Assembly: GCA_951406725.2 (NCBI GenBank)
Contig: OX597823.1
Coordinates: forward strand, 42,904,001 to 42,968,000
Reading direction: 5' to 3'
DNA length: 64,000 nt
DNA from: Octopus vulgaris
Lineage: Eukaryota
Shown here: piece by piece, positions 57,231-64,000 of the stretch
Layout: each line of letters opens with the position of its first letter
How positions within the stretch are numbered: position 1 is the first letter of the stretch
Notes under the pieces: generated by a model
What the model saw: only the letters and a program-made list of their open reading frames with translations
Told to the model about the DNA's origin: nothing
Database searches by the model: none
Program-made: the position numbers and the translations under genes

Positions 57231-59470
57231 TCTTTCTTTATTGGCCACCAAGGTCAAACACAAAACATACAGGACGATACACAGACGAGGGACAGAGAGG
57301 TTAAAGTGTAAACAGCCAACACAACGAATATTAAAAAAGATATTACGTCAGCTATATGCTTCCCCAATAGGAGATGGAGGAAGTTCCATTTTAAGATAAT
57401 CAAAGAGACCTCACGAACTTTGGATCCCTTAACACCAAGGGCTCCTCAGGAAGGCACCCTTTCTCCTCCCTTCCATCCGGCCTACAGGCGCACATATAGC
57501 GTAGGCCCATTCACGTGGGCCATTCTTGCCATATTCACCTACCTTTCAACGAACGTACTTGATGACAGTACTTCCCTCTCCAGCTTCACTTTCCTTTTCG
57601 GGTGGAATAAAAAAGGTCAATGAGGCCTTGGCCAAAGAGGAAGGTACTTGTCTTCAACCCTTTCAATCGCGTCCACCTCAAAACCTCTTTTGCCATAGGC
57701 ACCAGACAGAGAAAAATTGCCCTCCCTTCCGGGCCAAAGGAAGGAGGCGGAGCGATCTTCACAATGAAGTCGGACGATGGCCGAATCCGCCCTACACGTG
57801 ACAATAAGTATTCCACAAAGCTTCACAAGTTAGTAATGCGGCGGACACTACGGGAGCATGCAGAACGGTTTCATTACTCAGTGTGCATCTCGAACAAGAC
57901 CGATTGGCTGCACCCCCATGCATGTAGAGCTTATTTCGAACTGGCAGCGGCCCCCGGAGACACTGCAAGACCAGGGATTTCTGGAAATTATCCATAGCTC
58001 CCGGCCCGAAAGTTCTCCGGAAAAAAAACAACCACTAGATCACTCTCGACGCCCAGGACATCTCCGAGTACATTGTTGCTCTTGTCCTCCACTAATCCCT
58101 TATAGGACTTCAAAGTGGAACTTCCACCGACCGCATTGCCCGACTGGCCAAGGGCTGTGAACGCTTGGAGAAACTATAGGAAGCAAACGCCCTGCCTCGG
58201 TCTACGCTTGACCCAGGACTGGGCATCCTTGACGGACCGAACGTGTGATACTAAACGATTCCAAGAGGTGGCCATTTACTTTGACCACCGAACAGATGTC
58301 GCTGTACATAGTAGCGATCCAGCCTCTGAAAACGGGACCGAAACCTCCAAGTAGAGATGGTTGATCCTATCAAAAGCTTTCGATTGATCCAAATGGATCA
58401 GGGCGCCACCCATGCCATGTTCTTTACCAATCCTCTCCATGATGTATCGAGTGAGGTGGACGTTGCCGTGAATAGTTCTGCTGGGGATAGCGCAAGTCTG
58501 CGCATCACCCACCTGTCTTTCAACGTCAAGCGTCAATCTCTTTGCTAACACCTGGCCAAAATTTTGTAATCTGTATTTAGCAGAGTTACTGGCCTAAAAT
58601 GATCAACAATGTTTGTTCTTGTGTCTGTTTAGGTTGTTTGCGTTTGAGAGATTCTGGTAACAGAGAGGATGCTGGTTGTGCTGGTGTTGGTGATATTGGA
58701 GAATTGCTTTCGTGGGTGTTATTTTTATTTTTTGTTGTGGGTGTTGTTATGCTTTGTGGAGTTTTCTATTGTGTTTTCTCGTTCTTTTTTTTTTTGGTGG
58801 GGGTCCTTTTGGATTTCCTTAATTTTCACTACTGGAAGATGAGGGGTCTGTAGCAGTAAGTGTTCTCTGTGTGTTTGTTCATATTCTTGTTTATGTGCGT
58901 ATTTTCTTTTGTGTGACGGGCGTTGGAGAGGTCTCCTCGTTTTCCCCTAGGGTGGTTAATGTCTTTTGTGTTTTGTTTGTTCTTACTGGTGGTTTTGCCG
59001 ATGCTTGTGTTGTTTGTGGTCCTCGTCCGGGCGTAGAGAGCAGTGGAGGCCTTTGATTCCTTGCAATTTGTACCAATTGAGGGCAGGGCAGCAAACTCGC
59101 AAATGAGCAGTTTCTCCACAAACGAAACAAAGCGGCCTTTTGCCCTCAGTCATTATGTGTATCACTGTCCGTTCTGAAGACGGATGTGGTCCGGGATTGT
59201 TTTTATGTTTTCGGGCCTGATCTGGAGAAGTATCTCTATGTCAACCCCGGACCAGTCCTCCCGGCAGTTCTTGTCACCTCTATTGCGACGGTATCCGTCC
59301 CCTCCACATTTACGCGTCCCAGAAGCCACCACATATAAAGTGCTGCCCCTCGCTATGTAATCGATGTCGTCTCTGATGCACCTTAGCGCCTCTTCAATAT
59401 CTACTTGTGCTATTAAAGCCAGGATCCACTCATTTTGTGCTTGGAAAGATCCCTTTGAGTGATACACTAC
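57231..59470 (-). mobile_element. Tx1/L1-like LINE with large internal deletions
   Basis: ORF1 zinc knuckle CFVCGETAHLRVCCP. RT RPVTLLNTDYKILARVLAKRL...LDQSKAFDRINH. C-terminal CSRC...ETVLHA and WTRLKGLKT. 3' end AATAAAGAAAGA runs into (ATT)n. Confidence 0.88.
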
Positions 59471-59479
59471 AGAAAAAAA

Positions 59480-60245
59480 AAGTTGGGGAAAACTGAATCA
59501 CTTGCTAAAATGTGAAGCAGAAATGGACAACTTAGTCCAGTCTGTGCAGATTTTCTCCAATGATATCAAGATGGATTTCGGGCTCTCAAAATATGCTACG
59601 ATGGTGATGAGACGAGGAATGTTTGTCAGAACAGAAGACATAGTTTTGCAAATTGGTAAGATGATGAAGGTAATTCAACCTCAATCCAGCTATAAATACC
59701 TGGAAATACCTGAGGCAGATGGAATTAAACACAATGACATGAAGGGTAAGACATGTGAGAATATTACTGGCTTTAAAGCTGAATGCCAAAAACATAATTT
59801 TGGCCATAAATTCGCGCGCACTCACAGTAGTTCGGTATGGCGCTAGAATCCTGAAGTGAACAGAGGGGAAGCTAAAGGAGATGGACAGAAAGTCAATAAA
59901 GCTCCTAGCGATGCATAGAGTCTATAATCCACGTGCAGATACTGATCGCCTATATATAGAGAGAGCAACTGGAGGAAGGGGAATGATAAGTGTGAAAGAC
60001 TGTGTATGTATCGCACTCGAGAGCTTAACGAGATACCTAGCCCAAAGTAAGGAAACCTTGTTAGTGTCAGTGAGGAACGAGGGTGTATTGAAAGCAGAGA
60101 AAAAAGGAGAAAGGAAAGAAGTACAATAATGACACGAAGAAGAATTAAGCAACCAGGGATTGCACAATCAATTCCATGTAGCCATAACAAGTTGCTGGAA
60201 AAATAGGTGGGATTGGCTGAAAAAAGGAACACTAAAGAGACCGAG
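59480..60245 (+). mobile_element. R4/Dong-clade non-LTR retrotransposon fragment
   Basis: LNHL...FSNDIKMDFGLSK, YKYLEIPE, MDRK...DTDRLYIERATGGRGMISV, LHNQF and WDWLKKGTLK. Confidence 0.85.
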
Positions 60246-62437
60246 AGCACTCTTTTACTTGTTCCTGTCATTTAACTGTGACCATGCTGGAGCACCGTTA
60301 AGAGCTCCTTCACTTATTATTTTATTTAAATTGTCGAGTAAAGTGGGATGATTTTCTCCTGCTTTCATATGTTTTTGGATAGTGTTCCATGTTCAAATCA
60401 TTACTCTAATTCGTATTATTAGCAAAAACATTATCATCTGCAATATGAAAATTTCGAATATCACCAGAATTTCTATTTGCGCCACAGATATATAGGCTTG
60501 TGTCTTCTCTGTGTATTTGCCAAAATGATAATAATGTGCGTAACTCCTTCCAACTGCATCTGTGCTTAATTGTTAACAATCTATGTTGTTTAACTTTTTT
60601 TTTAACTTTTTTAATTTGTGCTGATGTTTTTTCACGTTTTCCCCCTACTTGAAGTTATTGAATTTCATTGCTTTTCTATTAGATGAAGCACATTTTAAAA
60701 AATAGTAAACAAGTAAACTAGCATATTTTAAAACAAAAAGTCTAAAAGACAGACTATTGTTTATATTTGATAATGGAACAGACCATGAAACATTTCTATG
60801 TCACAGAAGAACTCCCAAAGAAAATACCGTACTACAACAATAGCCCTTTCTTCTATTTCCTTTCTGCTATTGGTACGAGGCCTGAACTTACATTGATCCC
60901 AGTGCTGAATTGGTACTTATTATATTGACCACAAAAGACTGAAATGCAAAGCCTACCCCAGGAAAATTTCATCGCAGTCGCATTGTTACCAAGTATTCTT
61001 GCTGCTGTTGTTTTTGTTCTTGATCTTTTTCTTATTATTATTATCTATATTATTCTACGCATTTCTGCGTTTCTATTTATTTTATCCGTGTGTTACGCCT
61101 TGGCCCAAGAAATAACGATTCAAATGGAAAGTAGTATATATGGAAAGAGGAGGAGAGCGGGAGAGCCTAAGAAAGAGTGAGGCGAATAGGAAGATGAGAC
61201 GGTCCCAATTATTCTACATTTGCGTGTTCAAATCACAGACACAGTCAAAAGGTTTAACATAATGAAACAATGTCATAAAGATTTATAAATTTACGCATCA
61301 AACATATCGCTTGATAGTTAAATTAAAGTTAGATAACCTTAGCAAATAGCTGTGGATGTTACACATTTATCTTTTACATATTCCATATCAAAGGCTACAG
61401 CCATGCTCGAGCACCACCATTCCTTTTTTGTTATTTGCTTTAGATACTTATCTAGCTAGCTGTCCAGCTAGCTAGATAGATAGATAGAATGATAGGTACG
61501 TAGGTGAGTTTTCAGACATATCAACAGATATGCAGATAGAGAGATATGTTAACAGATATACAAGTAGTTATGTAGAGAAGTAGGCTGAAATGAAAAGATA
61601 CAAGGAAAACTAAGCTATGAGCGTTACATTCCTTGGAAGAAAGCAAGGACGGAAAAACATGTTACACAAATATAATTAACATGACATAACAACAGGTGTC
61701 TTTTGACTAAGGACGAATTAAATTAAGCTGGCGTGTGTGAAAGTAAAGCCTTACGGCAGGGACAGGAGACTTAACAAGCACAGGAAGGAATATAGATGTT
61801 GCACGGACAGTAGTCCAACCAAGAAAGAATGGCCAGGCCTAGCCGAACACCGGACACGTAGGGAGAGAAGTGAGGTAGAAGTAGAGACAGAGGGATAGAA
61901 GAATTAAGGAGGGCTAGAAAAAAATGAAAGAGACACTGAAGTGAAAGAGGGAAAGTGAGCATGAAAAGAAGACTAGGAAATGTGAGAGAGGACCGAAAGA
62001 ACGAAGTGTGAAAGGGCTGAAAGAAAGAAGGAAAGAATGAAAGAATACAAAGAATAATAGAGTCGTACAAAATTTATATATATATAGTTATGTATAAGAA
62101 ACCAAAGTGTACGTACGTTGCTATGCATGTATGTATGTATATATGAGTGTGTTTATATACGCGCGAACGAGTAGTGTGTGAATGTGTATGTGTACGAATA
62201 AGTTTTATCGTTTTAATTCATCTTTTAATTCTTTAAACTAAAAATCACACCATTTCTGTCAAGCAACTTAAAAGGAGAAAAAGAAGCAATACCATTTAAG
62301 TTCATTTCTATAAGATATTATTAAATGACAGGATTTCAAAAAAACGTTTTGAAATTCCTTGCTTAACATAATTATATAATGTTTTCAAATATACTGATCG
62401 ACGCTGTGAAATCTCCTGCTAATTACTATTATCATAA

Positions 62438-62595
62438 AGCAGCGAGTTGGCAGAATCGTTAGCACTCCACGCAAAATACTTAACATCATTCCTTCTGTCC
62501 TTACGCCTTACGTTCTGAGTGAAAATCTGCCGAGGTCGACTTTGCTTTTCTTTCTTTCGGGATCGCACTGGAGTTGCTATAATCGACTATCCCCT
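62438..62595 (+). mobile_element. SINE family B, decayed
   Basis: gcagcgagttggcagaatcgttagcac...cgttctgagtgaaaatctgccgaggtcgactttgc. Confidence 0.75.
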
Positions 62596-62694
62596 CTTCT
62601 TCTTCTTCTTCTTCTTCTTCTTCTTCTTCTTCTTCTTCTTCTTCTTCTTCTTCTTCTTCTTCTTCTTCTTCTTCTTCTTCTTCTTCTTCTTCTC

Positions 62695-62754
<60 letters not shown>

Positions 62755-62774
62755 GTTATTATTATTATTATTAA

Positions 62775-63474
62775 GGCGGCGAGCTGGTAGAAACGTTAAT
62801 GCGCCGGGCGAAATGCTTAGCGGTATTTCGTCTGCCTTGTTTGTCTCCTCTGTGTTTAGCCCCTTGTGGGTAGTAAAGAAATAGGTATTTCGTTTGCCGT
62901 TACGTTCTGAGTTCAAATTCCGCCGAGGTCGACTTTGCCTTTCATCCTTTCGGGGTCGATAAATTAAGTACCAGTTACGCACTGGGGTCGATATAATCGA
63001 CTTAATACCTATGTCTGTCTGTCCTTGTTTGTCCCTTCTGTGTTTAGCCCCTTGTGGGTAATAAAGAAATAGGTATTTCGTCTGCCTTGTTTGTCTCCTC
63101 TGTGTTTAGCCCCTTGTGGGTAGTAAAGAAATAGGTATTTCGTTTGCCGTTACGTTCTGAGTTCAAATTCCGCCGAGGTCGACTTTGCCTTTCATCCTTT
63201 CGAGGTCGATAAATTAAGTACCAGGTACGCACTGGGGTCAATGTAATTGATTTAATCCATTTGTCTCTCCTTGTTTGTCCACTGTATGTTTAGCCCCTTG
63301 TGGGTTGTAAAGAAATAGGTATTTCGTCCGTCTGTACGTACTTAGGTCAAATTCCGCTGAGGTCAACTTTGCCTTTCGGGGTATATAAATTAAGAACCAG
63401 TGAAACACTGGATTCGATGTAATCGACAAAGCCACTCTCCACAAATCTGAGACCTTGTGCCTCCAGCAGAAAGG

Positions 63475-63475
<1 letters not shown>
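62775..63475 (+). mobile_element. SINE family B multimer (head plus tandem body/tail units) between (ATT)n tracts
   Basis: Head ggcggcgagctggtagaaacg and B-box gagttcaaattcc. The body occurs 3 times and the ~60-bp tail unit 4 times, with a 250-bp higher-order period (62822/63072). Confidence 0.88.
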
Positions 63476-63536
<61 letters not shown>

Positions 63537-64000
63537 TATCGAACGCATGCTCCTGAGAATTTAGTTCAGCAGAGCAGGACATGTTCGAACGCCAGATAAT
63601 AGCATTCCGAAAATTCTTCTGTATGGCCGACATGCAGATGGATTCCGCGATAAAGGAAGAACTCTGCTAAGATAAGGATAAGTGGAAACGGTCTCTAATA
63701 TCCCAACAGCTTAATGTAACGCTATAAAATGTGTCATAATGCATCTGAACAATTTGAGTTGAATGGAAAAATAATAGAAATCAAAATCATAAGTGTCCTC
63801 TTCGTGGCACCGTAGCAAAATCCATACCTAGATTCGAATTACATACATGCATACTTTGCAAATAGATGTAGCTTACTTTTTTTTCTAATCATTTCCTTCA
63901 AACTCTCGTGAGTCAAGGATGATCTTCATTCTCATTAAACCTTCATTTTCAACAGTATTTGACGATGTGAGCGTATGATTAAACATCAGAACAACAAATG

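Noticed and set aside
62822-63400. Regular repeats as a CRISPR array
   Set aside because: The intervening segments are themselves repeated SINE bodies, the context is eukaryotic, and no cas genes are present.

Overview
AT-rich, microsatellite-saturated eukaryotic DNA with no recognisable host protein-coding exon, so probably intergenic or a large intron. The SINE families suggest a coleoid cephalopod, most likely Octopus (inference). Nearly all ORFs in the supplied track are translated (TA)n, (CA)n, (TACA)n, (TAGA)n or (AAT)n repeats. Real content is mostly decayed mobile elements: three tRNA-headed SINE families; four mariner copies, one near-complete with both TIRs and TA TSDs nested in a SINE; a DD37D (maT) relic; a ~2.85 kb hAT (hATm-like) relic; and Tx1/L1-, RTE-, R4/Dong- and Penelope-like fragments. 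The most interesting signal is at least nine minimal type I hammerhead ribozyme (HHR) motifs from several unrelated small repeat families, most near (TA)n. They include canonical copies (45399, 33939, 51297), U4C-core variants, and copies with the compensatory U3:A8 core. They are arranged as a ~350-bp tandem dimer (retrozyme-like) or as long inverted repeats (Penelope pLTR-like). All folds were read by eye; no activity or database match was tested.
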